Shown in pieces: positions 11,080-22,471 of a stretch of 64,000 nt of DNA. How positions within the stretch are numbered: the stretch's first letter is position 1; each line of letters begins with the position of its first letter. The DNA is taken from positions 113,896,001 through 113,960,000 of the forward strand of contig NC_086108.1 of NCBI RefSeq assembly GCF_963921235.1. Direction: 5' to 3'. Below the pieces are notes generated by a model. That model saw only the letters and a program-made list of their open reading frames with translations, had not been told where the DNA came from and searched no databases. Both the position numbers and the translations under genes were made by a program. This DNA comes from Mobula hypostoma. Taxonomy: Eukaryota.

Positions 11080-13300
11080 AGAGACATAGAGTCACAGGAA
11101 AGTACAGCATAGTAACAGGTCCTTTGACCCATCTAGTCAGTGCTGAGCCATTTAAACTGCCTCGTCCCATTGACCCAACTCAGACCATACTCTCTATACC
11201 CCTACTATCCATGTATCTATCCAAACTACTCTTAAACATTAAGATTGAGCTTGCATGCACCACCAGCTCATTCCACACTCTCACCACCCTCTGAGTGAAG
11301 AAGTTCCCTCGTCATGTTCCCCTTTAAGTTTTCACCTTAACCCATTACTCCAACTGAAGTCCCACTCAAACTCAGTGGAAAAAGCCTGCTTGTAATTATC
11401 CTATCTATACCCCTCATAATTTCGTATACTTACATCAAATCTCCTCTAAATCTTCCACCTTCTAAGTAGTACAGACCTAACCCTATAACTCAGGTCCTCC
11501 AGACCTGGCAACATCCTTGTAAATTTTCTATGCACTCTTTCAATTTTATTTACAGCTTTTTTGTAGGTAGGTGACCAAAACTGCACACAATACTCTAAAT
11601 TAGGCCTCAGCAATGTCTTATACACTTCAACATAACACCCTTGTCTTCTGTATTCAATACTTCAGTTAACGAAGGCCATTGTGCCAAAAGCGTTCTTTTA
11701 TGACCCTATCTCCCTGTGATGCTACTTTCAAAGAATGATGGACCTGTGTTCCCAGATCCCTTTGTTCTCCAGCATTCCTCAGTGCCCCATCATTCACTGT
11801 GGAAGACCTACCCAGTTTGGTTCTTCTGAATGGTAACATCTTGTCTGCATTAAATTCCATCTGCCATTTTTCCATCTGGTCCAGATCCCACTGCAAGCTG
11901 TGATAGTTTTCCCTACTGTCCACTACTGTCATCTGCAAATTTGCTAATCCAGTTAACCACATTCTCTTCCAGATCATTGATCTAGCTGACAAGCAACGAA
12001 GGACCCAGCACTGATCCCTGCGGCACTCCACTAGTCACAGGCCTTCAGTGAGGGAAGCAGCCATCTATTACCACTCTGACTTCTCCCACAAAGCCCCAAT
12101 GTCAGAATCGGGTTTATTATCACCGGCATGTGACATGAAATTTGTTAACTTAGCAGCAATACAATGCAATACATAATATAGAAGAAAAAAAAACAAAATA
12201 AGATAATAATAATTAATTAATTAATTAATAGAGTGTATGTGTATTGATTAGATCAAAAATTGTGCAAAAAACAGAAATACTATATATTAAAAAAAGTGAG
12301 TTAGTGTCCAGGGGTTCAATGTCCATTTCAGAATCGGATGGCAGAGGGGAAGAAGCTGTTCCTGAATCACTGAATGTGTGCCTTCAGGCTTCTGTACTTC
12401 CTACCCGATAGCAACAGAGAGAAAAGGGCATGCCCTGGGTGCTGGAGGTCCTTAATAGTGGACACTGCCTTTCTGAAACACCGCTCCTTGAATTTGTCCT
12501 GGGTACTTTGTAGGCTAGTACTCAAGATAGAGCCAACTAAATTTAGAATCCTCTGCAGTTTCTTTCGGTCCTGTGCAGTACTCCCCCCCCAATACTAGAC
12601 AGTGATGCAGCCTGTCGGAATGCTCTCCACAGTACAGCAATAGAAATTTTTGAGTGTATTTGTTGACATAACAAATCTCTTCAAACTCCTAATGAATTAT
12701 AGCTGCTGCCTTGCCTTCTTTATAATTGCATCAATATGTTGGGACCAGGCTAGATCCTCAGAGATCTGCTCAGAATATCTAATCCAATTTACTGCCTCAT
12801 CCTGAATGCTGAGCAACTGAACTTTCTTTACCAACCTCCTATATGGGACTTTGTTAAATACCTCACTAAAGTCCATGTAGACAACATCTACTGCTTTGTC
12901 TTCATAAGTTTTTCTGGTAACTTCCCTGAAAACTTTATAAGATTAGTTAGACACCACTGACCACACACGAAGACATGATGACTATCGCTAATCATGTCTT
13001 TCCAAATGCTTATATATCCAGACCCTTATACTACCTTCCAATAAGTTTTCCACTGGTCAGGCTCACTAGTCTATATTTTCATGATTTATTTTTAGAGCCG
13101 TTCTTAAACAGCAGAACAACATTGGCTATCCTCCAATCCTCCGGTACTTCTGCTGTTGCTAAGGATGATTTAAATATCCCTGCTATCGCAGCAATTTCTG
13201 CACTTGCCTCACACAGGGAACACCTGTGGAGATTTATCCAGCCTGATTTGCCTCATGACAGCAAACATTTCCTCCTCTGTAAACTGTATAGAGTCCATGA
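11080..13300 (-). mobile_element. Degenerate CR1 interrupted by an old Rex/Babar-like 3' fragment (about 12100-12775)
   Basis: CR1 RT motifs on both sides (EKWQMEFNADK; IRLDKSP); insert has a different tail. Confidence 0.7.
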
Positions 13301-13615
13301 CACTCTGCCCCTCCCCCAGCTGCCTATCACCTCCCTCATGGTTCTGCCTCCTTCTAAATTCTACTACCCATTGTTTCCCCAGCTGCCTATCACCTCCCTG
13401 CTTCCCCTCCCCCACCCTTGTCTTTCAAGTTACTGGTTTTTCAACTGAACCTACCAGCCTTCTCCTTCCAACCCTCCCCCACCTTCTTTATAGGGCCTCT
13501 GCCACTTTCCTCTTCAGTCCTGATGAAGGGTTCTAGCCCGAAACGTCGACTTATCATTTCCACAGATGCTGCCCGACCAGCTGAGTTCCTCCAGCGTGTT
13601 GTGAGTGTTGCTTCA
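13301..13615 (+). mobile_element. Penelope-like 3' UTR/pLTR fragment
   Basis: CCTATCACC pyrimidine-rich repeats followed by hammerhead motif and GATGCTGCC..GCTGAGTTCCTCCAGC. Confidence 0.78.
13516..13551 (+). ncRNA. Minimal type I hammerhead ribozyme motif, core intact
   Basis: AGTC-CTGATGA-AGGGTTCTAGCCC-GAAACGTC-GACT. Confidence 0.82.
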
Positions 13616-14063
13616 GTTTTTTCTCTCTTTATTTCTCCATCCATGTCAGTACATCATACCCAGTTCCATGTGCTTCAACCTTATGTGGGTCTTTGTCTGA
13701 ATGAACGTACAGAGGCCTGAAGCTAATGTTCAAACACTCAACTGATTTTCATGATGATTAGAGGAAAGGTCAGATGGTTTACACCTCCTAATTCTTATAC
13801 TTTCAAGATTCCTCCCGATGCCCATTAACTACCATTTTACCAGGGTTCTTTGATAAAAGACCTCAAGGTCAAATTCAAATGAAAATCATGCTTGTAGCAG
13901 CAACACAGGCACACAGCATCATTCAAGATGCAAATCTGTTCAATGTCATTCCCAGTACACAAGTGTAAAGAACAAAATAATTGTTACTCTGGATCTGAAG
14001 CAGCACAAACAACACAACAACAAAAAAAACAATAAATATAAATACTTATTTTTACATTGGTTA

Positions 14064-15207
14064 TTTTTATATTTTTTTAAATTTCAAAATATGCTTTATT
14101 CAAAAATAAATATATACAATAAACCATTCAATAACTTTCCATCCTTTCCATACGTTTCCCTTATAGTCTGCACATATCCATATTTATGGCCACCCTCGTG
14201 GCACTCCAGTTGTTCACTTTACCACATCTTTGTTGAGGGGTGTACTCACCGCCATCCGGCCCCTCCCACTCCCATGGGTGAAGAAACCTATACTGTGGTC
14301 CTTCCCCACCGGGCCCTTGCGGTGGCTGCACCGAGTATCAGAGTGTCCCTCAGCACGTACTCCTGCAGCGAGAATGTGCCAGTCGGCAACATTCTCCCAC
14401 GGACATCTCCATGTGCTGGTAGATCATCAAGTTTCGGGCCAACTAAAGAGCGTCTTTCACCAAGTTGATGATCTGCCAGCAGCACCGGATGTTGGTCTCC
14501 GTGTGCGTCCCTGGGAACAGCCCGTAGATCAGACAGCCCTCTGTTACGCAGTTGCTGGGGATGAAACGTGACACCAGCCCATCCATCCTCCTCCTCACCC
14601 TCTTTGCAAACTGACAGTGTGCAAAGAGGTGGGTCACAGACTCCTCCTCACTGCAGTCCTCCCATGGGCAGTGGGGTGCGGAGACGACGTTCCGGGCGTA
14701 CAGGAGGGCTCTGACTGGGAGGGCCCCTCTCACCGCCAGTCAGGCGAGGTCTTGGTGCCTGTTGGTGAGATCTGGCGATGAGGCATTTTGCCAGATGAAC
14801 TGGACGGTCTGCTCAGGGAACCACCCCACTGTGTCCATCACGTCCTTCTCCTGCAGTGCCTGCAGGACATTACATGCCGACCACTGCCTGATGGCCCTGT
14901 GGTCAAAGGCGTTCTCCTGGAAGAACTTTTCTACGTAGGACAAGTATACCGGCAACGACCAGCTGATGGGGCGTTGCACAGGAGTGGGGCCAGACCCATC
15001 CTTCGTAGCCAGGGCGACTGGTAGAACCTGGGCACATAGTGGTACTTGGTGCCCACATACCTGGGTTCTACACACAACCTGATGCAGCCACATACGAAGC
15101 TGGCCATCAGGATAAGGGCGACATTGGGGACGTTCTTGCCCCTGTTGTCCAGGGACTTGTGCATGACGGTCCGTCTCACACGCTCCATCTTGGATCCCCA
15201 GACGAAT
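14064..15207 (-). mobile_element. Tx1-like LINE 3' fragment with zf-RVT region
   Basis: RGALPVRALL..HCPWEDCSEEESVTHLFAHC; AATAAA and A-rich tail on minus strand; 19-bp TSD CTTATTTTTA(C/T)ATTGG(T/C)TA at 14045-14063 and 15208-15226. Confidence 0.8.
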
Positions 15208-15226
15208 CTTATTTTTATATTGGCTA

Positions 15227-16362
15227 TTGGTTAGGAAGGTTCAATCGTTAGGTATTAATATCGAAGTAGTAAAATGGATTCAGCAGTGGCTGGATGGGAG
15301 ACACCAGAGAGTAGTGGTGGGTAACTGTTTGTCAGGTTGGAGGCCGGTGACTAGTGGTGTGCCTCAGGGATCTGTACTGGGTCCAATGCTGTTTGTCATA
15401 TACATTAATGATCTGGATGATGGGGTGGTAAATTGGATAAGTAGGTATGCAGATGATACTAAGATAGGTGGAGTTGTGGATAATGAAGTAGGTTTTCAAA
15501 GCTTGCAGAGAGATTTAGGCCAGTTAGAAGAGTGGGCTGAAAGGTGGCAGACGGAGTTTAATGCTGATAAATGTGAGGTGCTACCATTTGGTAGGACTAA
15601 TCAAAATAGGACATACATGGTAAATGGTAGGGCATTGAAGAATACAGCAGAACAGAGGGATCTAGGAATAATGGTGCATAGTTCCCTGAAGGTGGAATCT
15701 CATGTGGATAGGGTGGTGAAGAAAGCTTTTGGTATGCTGGCCTTTATAAATCAGAGCATTGAGTATAGGAGTTGGGATGTAATGTTGAAATTGCACAAGG
15801 CATTGGTGAGGCCAAATTTGGAGTATTGTGTACAATTTTTGGTCACTGAATTATAGGAAAGATGTCAACAAAATAGAGATAGTACAGAGAAGGTTTACTA
15901 GAATGTTACCTGGGTTTCATCACCAAAGTTACAGAGAAAGGTTGAACAAGTTGGGTCTTCATTCTTTGGAACGTAGAAGATTGAGGGGGAATTGATAGAG
16001 GTATTTAAAATTATGAGAGGGATAGATAGAGTTGATGTGGATAGGCTTTTTCCATTGAGAGTGGGGGAGATTCAAACAAGAGGACATGAGTTGAGAGTTA
16101 AAGGGCAAAAGTTTAGGGGTAACATGAGGGGGAACTTCTTTACTCAGAGAGTGGTGGCTGTGTGGAACAAGCTTCCAGCAGAAGTGGTTGAGGCAGGTTC
16201 GATGTTGTCATTTAAAGTTAAACTCGGCAGCTATATGGGCAGGAAAGGAATGGAGGGTTATGGGCTGAGTGCAGGTTGGTGAGACTAGATGAGAGTAAGA
16301 GTTCAGCATGGTCTAGAAGGGCCGAGATGGCCTGTTTCTGTGCTGTAATTGTTATATGGTTA
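15227..16362 (+). mobile_element. 5'-truncated CR1 LINE
   Basis: ORF 15227-15856 GVPQGSVLGP..YADDTK; TTATATGG-like tail. Confidence 0.9.
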
Positions 16363-16870
16363 TAAATATGTAAGATAGCTTATATACGTAGATTGATTGT
16401 GTGTCCATGTAGTGATGCTCGGCACAGGAAATGATAAAGTAGTGGTGGCTGGGGAGGGTGGTGGAGGTGTTAATCAGTCTTACTCTTTGGGGAAAGTAAC
16501 TGCTTTTGAGTCTGATGGTCCTGGCATAGATGTTACATAGCCTCTGCCCTGATGGGAGTGGGACAAACAATCCATGAGCAGAGTGGCTGGGATCCTTCGT
16601 GATGTCACCAGCCCTTTTCAGGTATCCTTCTGTATACGTGCCCTTGATGGCGGTTAAAAAACAAGGACGCTCAAGTCAGAAAACTGTTTCTGGAATTCAG
16701 TTCGATATTCATCACTATTGTCCTACAGACATTGGTGAATAAACTCTGAATTCTTATGGTTCACAAGTAAATCAGAAAATATACACTTTAAATTAGGAAA
16801 CACAATTAGAACTAGTCCACTTTGGTACAAAGTGGTCATATTGTCACTAAACTGTAGTGATTAGGGTTGT

Positions 16871-17491
16871 AACACACATCAAAGTTGCTGGTGAACGCAG
16901 CAGGCCAGGCAGCATCTCTAGGAAGAGGTACAGTCGACATTTCAGGCCGAGACCCTTCGTCAGGACTAACTGAAGGAAGAGTTAGTAAGAGATTTGAAAG
17001 TGGGAGGGTTGGAGGAACAACACCTTATATTCCGTCTGGGTAGCCTCCAACCTGATGGCATGAACATCGACTTCTCTAACTTCCGCTAATGCCCCACCTC
17101 CCCCTCGTACCCCATCCGTCATTTATTTTTATACACACATTCTTTCTCTCTCTCTCCTTTTTCTGCCTCTGTCCCTCTGACTATATCCCTTGCCTATCCT
17201 CTGGTTCCCCCCCCCCACCACTTGTCTTTCTTCCCGGACCTCCTGTCCCATGATCCTCTCATATCCCTTTTGCCTATCACCTGTCCAGCTCTTGGCTCCA
17301 TCCCTTCCCCTCCTGTCTTCTCCTATCATTTTGGATCTCCCCCTCCCCTCCCACTTTCAAATCTCTTACTAACTCTTCCTTCAGTTAGTCCTGACGAAGG
17401 GTCTCGGCCCGAAACGTCGACTGTACCTCTTCCAGCAACTTTGATGTGTGTTGCTTGAACTTCCAGCATCTGCAGAATTCCTGTTGTTTAC
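16871..17491 (+). mobile_element. Penelope-like fold-back insertion (inverted 5' pLTR + GIY-YIG C-terminus + pLTR)
   Basis: Inverted arm 16871-17008; LEEQHLIFRLGSLQPDGMNIDFSNFR*; 12-bp TSD GATTAGGGTTGT at 16859-16870 and 17492-17503. Confidence 0.88.
17387..17422 (+). ncRNA. Minimal type I hammerhead ribozyme motif, core intact
   Basis: AGTC-CTGACGA-AGGGTCTCGGCCC-GAAACGTC-GACT. Confidence 0.85.
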
Positions 17492-17848
17492 GATTAGGGT
17501 TGTGCCGATTTGTTGAAGAACTGAAGGGAAGCATCTGTGCTTGAACTTGATGGTGTGGGACTTCCGGCTTCTGTACCTACTGCTTGATGGAGCTGTGAGG
17601 AAGTGGCATGGCCTGGATGCTGGGGGTCTTGATGATGCTATTGCTCTACTGACGGATTGGTTTTGAAGTTAAAAGCTCAAATTAAATTTATTATTAAAAT
17701 ACATATACAGCCCTGAGATTCATTTTCTTGCGGGTATACTCAATAAATCCATAATAGAATTAATGAAAGACCACACCAACTTCGGTGTTGACCCAGTATG
17801 CAACATACAACAAACTGAGCAAATATAAAAAGAAAGAACCATAACAAA

Positions 17849-18488
17849 CAAGAGAAAAACCTGCAGATGCTGGAAGTCCAAGGAACACACACAAAATGCT
17901 GAAGGAACTCGGCAGGCCATGCAGCATCTATGGAAAAAAGTACAATAGATGTTTCGGGCCAAAACTCTTCTGCAGGACTGGAGGAAAAAAAGGCTGAGGA
18001 GCAGATTTAGAAGGTGGGGGGGGGAGAAGAAGAAGAAGGAGGATGAAGAGAGTGAGAGAGAGACACACACACACCCCAGGTGATAGGTGAAATCTGGAGA
18101 GGGAGGGATGAAGTAAAGAGCTGGGAAATTGATTGGTGGAAGAGACAAAAGGCCATGGAAGAAAGAAAAAGGGGGACCACCAGAGTGAGGCGATGGGTGG
18201 GCAAGGAGATAAGGTGAGAGAGCGATAAGGGGATGGGAAATGGTGAAGTGGAGCATTACCAGAAGTTTGAGAAGTCGATGTTCATTCCATCAGGTTGGAG
18301 GCTATCCTAATGGAATGTTTCACCTATCACCTGATGTTTATCTTCAACCCCCCCCACCTTTAAAATCTACACCTTAGCCTTTTTTTCCCTCCAGTCCTAT
18401 AGAAGGGTTTAAGCCTGAAACATCGACTATACTTTTTTCCATTGATGCTGTCTGGCCTCCTGAGTTCCTCCAGCATTTTGTGTGTGTT
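17849..18488 (-). mobile_element. Penelope-like fold-back insertion with two degenerate hammerhead motifs
   Basis: pLTR on minus strand and inverted arm about 18320-18488; TSD ACCATAA(C/T)AAA at 17838-17848 and 18489-18499. Confidence 0.75.
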
Positions 18489-19284
18489 ACCATAATAAAT
18501 AAATAAATAAATAAGCAATAAATATCGAGAACTTGAGGTTAAGAACCTTTGAAAGTGATTCCATAGGTTGTGGAAACAGTTCAATGATGGGGTGAGTGAA
18601 GTTGAGAGAAGTTATCCCCTACAGTTCAGGAGCCTGATGATTGAGGGGTAATAATTGTCACTGAAGCTCATGGTGTGAGTTCTGAGGCTTCTGTACTTCT
18701 TCCTGATGGTGAGAAGAATGTATGCCCTGGATGGTAGGGAGCCATAATGATGGATGCTGCTTTCTTGCTTGTGCAGATGTACTCAATGGTGGGGAGGCCT
18801 TTACCCGTGATGGACTGGGCTTTATGCACTGCCTTTTGGAGAATTTTCTTTTCAATTTCTTTGGTGTTTCCATACCAGGCTGTGATGCAGCCAGACAATA
18901 TACTCTCCAGTACGTGACCATAGCCTTGTTGTAGAGATAGGAGGCTTGTTTGCCTCAATGATCCAGAGAGCTAAGTTAGCTAAAGTCAGGGCCTTGTTCT
19001 TTCGCTCTTGGTAAGGTCACCCATAATAAACAGGTCAAAGGGTAAGAGTGGTCTATCGGTCCTCCCAGTTTGAGGGTTCAGCTCAGGGCTAATAACCTGA
19101 CTGATCAAAGAAAATTGTTATGGAAACAACAACGAAGTATTTCTGTGTGGGATGGTATAGACTGACAGATGGTTTGGGGGAGCAGACCCCACACAGAAAG
19201 AATCAGAAATCCGGTTTGAACACGGGTCTCTGGATCCATGAGGCAGCTATTCTACCCGCTGCGCCCTCTGTGGTTTGCTTGTAC

Positions 19285-20143
19285 TGTTACGTAACTGGCA
19301 ACAATGAATATCAATCGAGACAGGTTATATAAAAACAACCAAACATTTATTAAACAATTTTAAAAAACGAAAACCTTAACCGGAAGTTAACTGCTATGCA
19401 GCTGTTCAACAAATCATCACTCGGCACTGGTTCTGAAAGCGTTAAATGTGAAAACAGTTCTTATAGCGGTAAAGTCAGATATAGTTCTTAAAATGGTAAA
19501 TTCAAAAGTCCAACAGATTTATACGTTCAATTGGGAGAGACTTCTCTGGAGAAGGATTCCTTCATAGACATGACTTTCCTGCTGGTTCTGTCCAAAGGAT
19601 TCACGATGCCGGAAATAAACAGTTTAAAATAACTGACCTTAGTTTCTAGAGAGCAAACCTTGCATGAACTCTTTTCTCGTTTGGCAAGAGTTATCTTCGA
19701 TGCAGGTCACTACTCCTTCAACGAAGACTCAATAAGGTCGATCCTTTGTTAAACTGCCGAACGAAACCGACTCCTCTCAATCCTTTGGGTCCTGTACTTC
19801 GATAAGGTCTTCACTCTCCCGTACTACTGCTGGAATAAGGTACATCAACACATCTAGCAAAAATTTCGGTCCGGCAATGTTATTCCTTGCAACAGAATGT
19901 AACAACCGTTTAAAAAGTGAAACTGCGTCATAAAAACAAATACGCAATAGAAACGGAGACACAGTACGTTCTAGCTGGAAACCTAAAAACTAAAAACTAA
20001 CAGCGTCATCTGGGGTCTTCCCTTATGGTGCTCATGTCATCAGGTGACCTCACATTGGCGGGAAAATTACATCAGGTGACCTCCAAAAGACCATTACATC
20101 ATTCTCACAAAAAAAATCACAGATCTCCTTGAGGCATGTAACA
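19285..20143 (-). mobile_element. Solo LTR (859 bp)
   Basis: Ends TGTTAC...GTAACA; 4-bp TSD GTAC (19281-19284, 20144-20147); AATAAA on minus strand near 19346. Confidence 0.85.
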
Positions 20144-20165
20144 GTACATTAATGCATAATATTAA

Positions 20166-20862
20166 TATAGAATATAGAATAGTACAGCACAGTACAGGCC
20201 CGTCGGCCCACAATGTTGTGCCGACCCTCAAACCCTGATCCCATATAACCCCCTACCTTAAATTCCTCCATATACCTGTCTGGTAGTCTCTTAAACTTCA
20301 CAAGTGTATCTGCCTCCACCACTGACTCAGGCAGTGCATTCCACTCACCAACTACTCTCTGAGTAAAAAACCCTCTAATATCCCCCTTGAACTTCCCACC
20401 CCTTACCTTAAAGCCATGCCCTCTTGTATTGAGCAGCGATGCCCTGGGGAAGAGGTGCTGGCTATCCACTCTATCTATTCCTCTTATTATCTTGTACACC
20501 TCTATCATGTCTCCTCTCATCCTCCTTCTCTCCAAAGAGTAAAGCCCTAGCTCCCTTAATCACTGATCATAATGCATACTCCCTAAACCAGGCAGCATCC
20601 TGGTAAATCTCCTCTGTACCCTTTCCAATGCTTCCACATCCTTCCTATAGTGAGGTGACCAGAACTGGACACAGTACTCCAAGTGTGGCCTAACCAGAGT
20701 TTTATAGAGCTGCATCATTACATCGCGACTCTTAAACTCTGTCCCTCGACTTATGAAAGCTAACACCCCATAAGCTTTCTTAACTACCCTATCCACCTGT
20801 GAGGCAACTTTCAGGGATCTGTGGATATGTACCCCCAGATCCCTCTGCTCCTCCACACTATC
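20166..20862 (-). mobile_element. 5'-truncated CR1 (young subfamily)
   Basis: ORFs 20560-20895 and 20149-20535 HLEYCVQFWSP..ERRRMRGDMIEVYK. Confidence 0.9.
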
Positions 20863-21751
20863 CGATGGTATTGTAATATAAGAATTAATATGCACTAATT
20901 CTTATATTTCTGTAAATAGCACAAATTATTTTGGCACAACATTATGGGCTTAAGTGCCTGTTCCTGAGCTGTACTGTGGTCAATTTAGTCAAAGATAAGA
21001 AGTAAAATAAGTAATGTAAGTAAAGTTGGTAGTGAGTTTCCTCAGGGAGAGAACACAAGTCAAAGCATTTCAATACAAGGTGACGATTAGATTTCCATTT
21101 TATTGAACTACCCATGGCAAAGAAGCTTGTTCAGAGACAAGATCATTGCAAGTCTCCATGTGAAGAAAATCATGACACGTTCACTAAATATATTCAACCA
21201 ATGCAATCAAACTGATTAAAAAGACAAAACTTAAAGCAATATTTAGTTTGTGTAAATACAAAGTTTAAATTGTTCAGTTTAAAGTCGTGATTATAAAAGC
21301 ATTTCACAATCTCATAAATTCTTCCCTTTTCACTTGCAGTACAGAGATTATAGAACAGTACAGGCCCTTTGGCCCACAATGTTGTGCTGACCATTTAATC
21401 TGCTCTAACATCAATCTTTCCTTCCAAATAGCCCCCCCACTTTTCGATCACCCATGTGCTTATCTAAGGTCTCTTAAATGCCCTAATGCATCTGCCTCTA
21501 CCAACACCACTAGCAATGTGTTCCATGCACCAACCACTGGGTAAAAAAAACCTACCTCTCACATCCCATTAAACTTTCCTCCACTCATCTTAAAATTACT
21601 CCACCTTGGTATTAGCCATTTTCAACCTACTCAAAAGAAATAAGGGGAGACAATTGTACATAGAACACAGACCCTTTAGTCCACAATGCTGTCCCGACCT
21701 CTTAAACTACTCTAACATCAGTCTAACCCTTCCTTACTACATACTATCATC

Positions 21752-21890
21752 ACACACAAAAAAATGTTGGTGAACGCAGCAGGCCAGTCGACTGTACCTC
21801 TTCCTCTAGATGCTGCCTGGCCTGCTGCGTTCACCAGCATTTTTTGTGTGTGCTACTTGAATTTCCAGCATCTGCAGATTTCCTCGTGTT
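21752..21890 (+). mobile_element. Miniature Penelope pLTR fold-back insertion (about 140 bp)
   Basis: Inverted arms CACACACAAAAAAATGTTGGTGAACGCAGCAGGCCAG / CTGGCCTGCTGCGTTCACCAGCATTTTTTGTGTGTG; perfect 14-bp TSD TACATACTATCATC (21738-21751, 21891-21904). Confidence 0.85.
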
Positions 21891-22471
21891 TACATACTAT
21901 CATCCATGTGTCTATCTAAGTTTCTCAGATGTATCTGCCGTAGTACATTGCTGCTTACCAAGAGAAGGGCCATGGTATAACAGTAAAGATACTAGCATGG
22001 ATTGGCTGACTTGCGGGAGGCAAAGAGTGGGAATAAAGGTAGCTTTTTCTGGTTGGCTGCCGGTGACGAGTGGTGTATCTCAGGGGTCTGTGTTGGGACT
22101 GCTTCTGTTCATGTTGTATATCAATGATTTGGATGAAGGAACTGATGGCTTTCTGGTCATTATGAAGAAAGGTGGAGGGGCAGGTAATGTTGATTGAGCA
22201 GAGTGTCTGCAGAAGGACTTCGACAGATAAGGAGAATGGCCAAAGAAGTGGAGATAGAATAAAGTATAGGGAAATGCATGGTCATGTGCTTTGGCACAAG
22301 AAATAATGATGTGGACTACTTTCTAAATGGGTAGAAAATTCAAACTCAAAGGTGCTTAAGGACTTGGGAGTCATTGTGCAGGATTTCTTTAAGTCTAACT
22401 TACAGGTTGAGTAGGCGGGGAAAAAAGGGAAATGCAATGTTAGAATTTATTTCAAGATGACGAGAATATAT

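Noticed and set aside
18935..19140. Possible HDV-like ribozyme in RTE-like fragments (also 63790-63880)
   Set aside because: Could not build the nested double pseudoknot by eye; too degenerate to call
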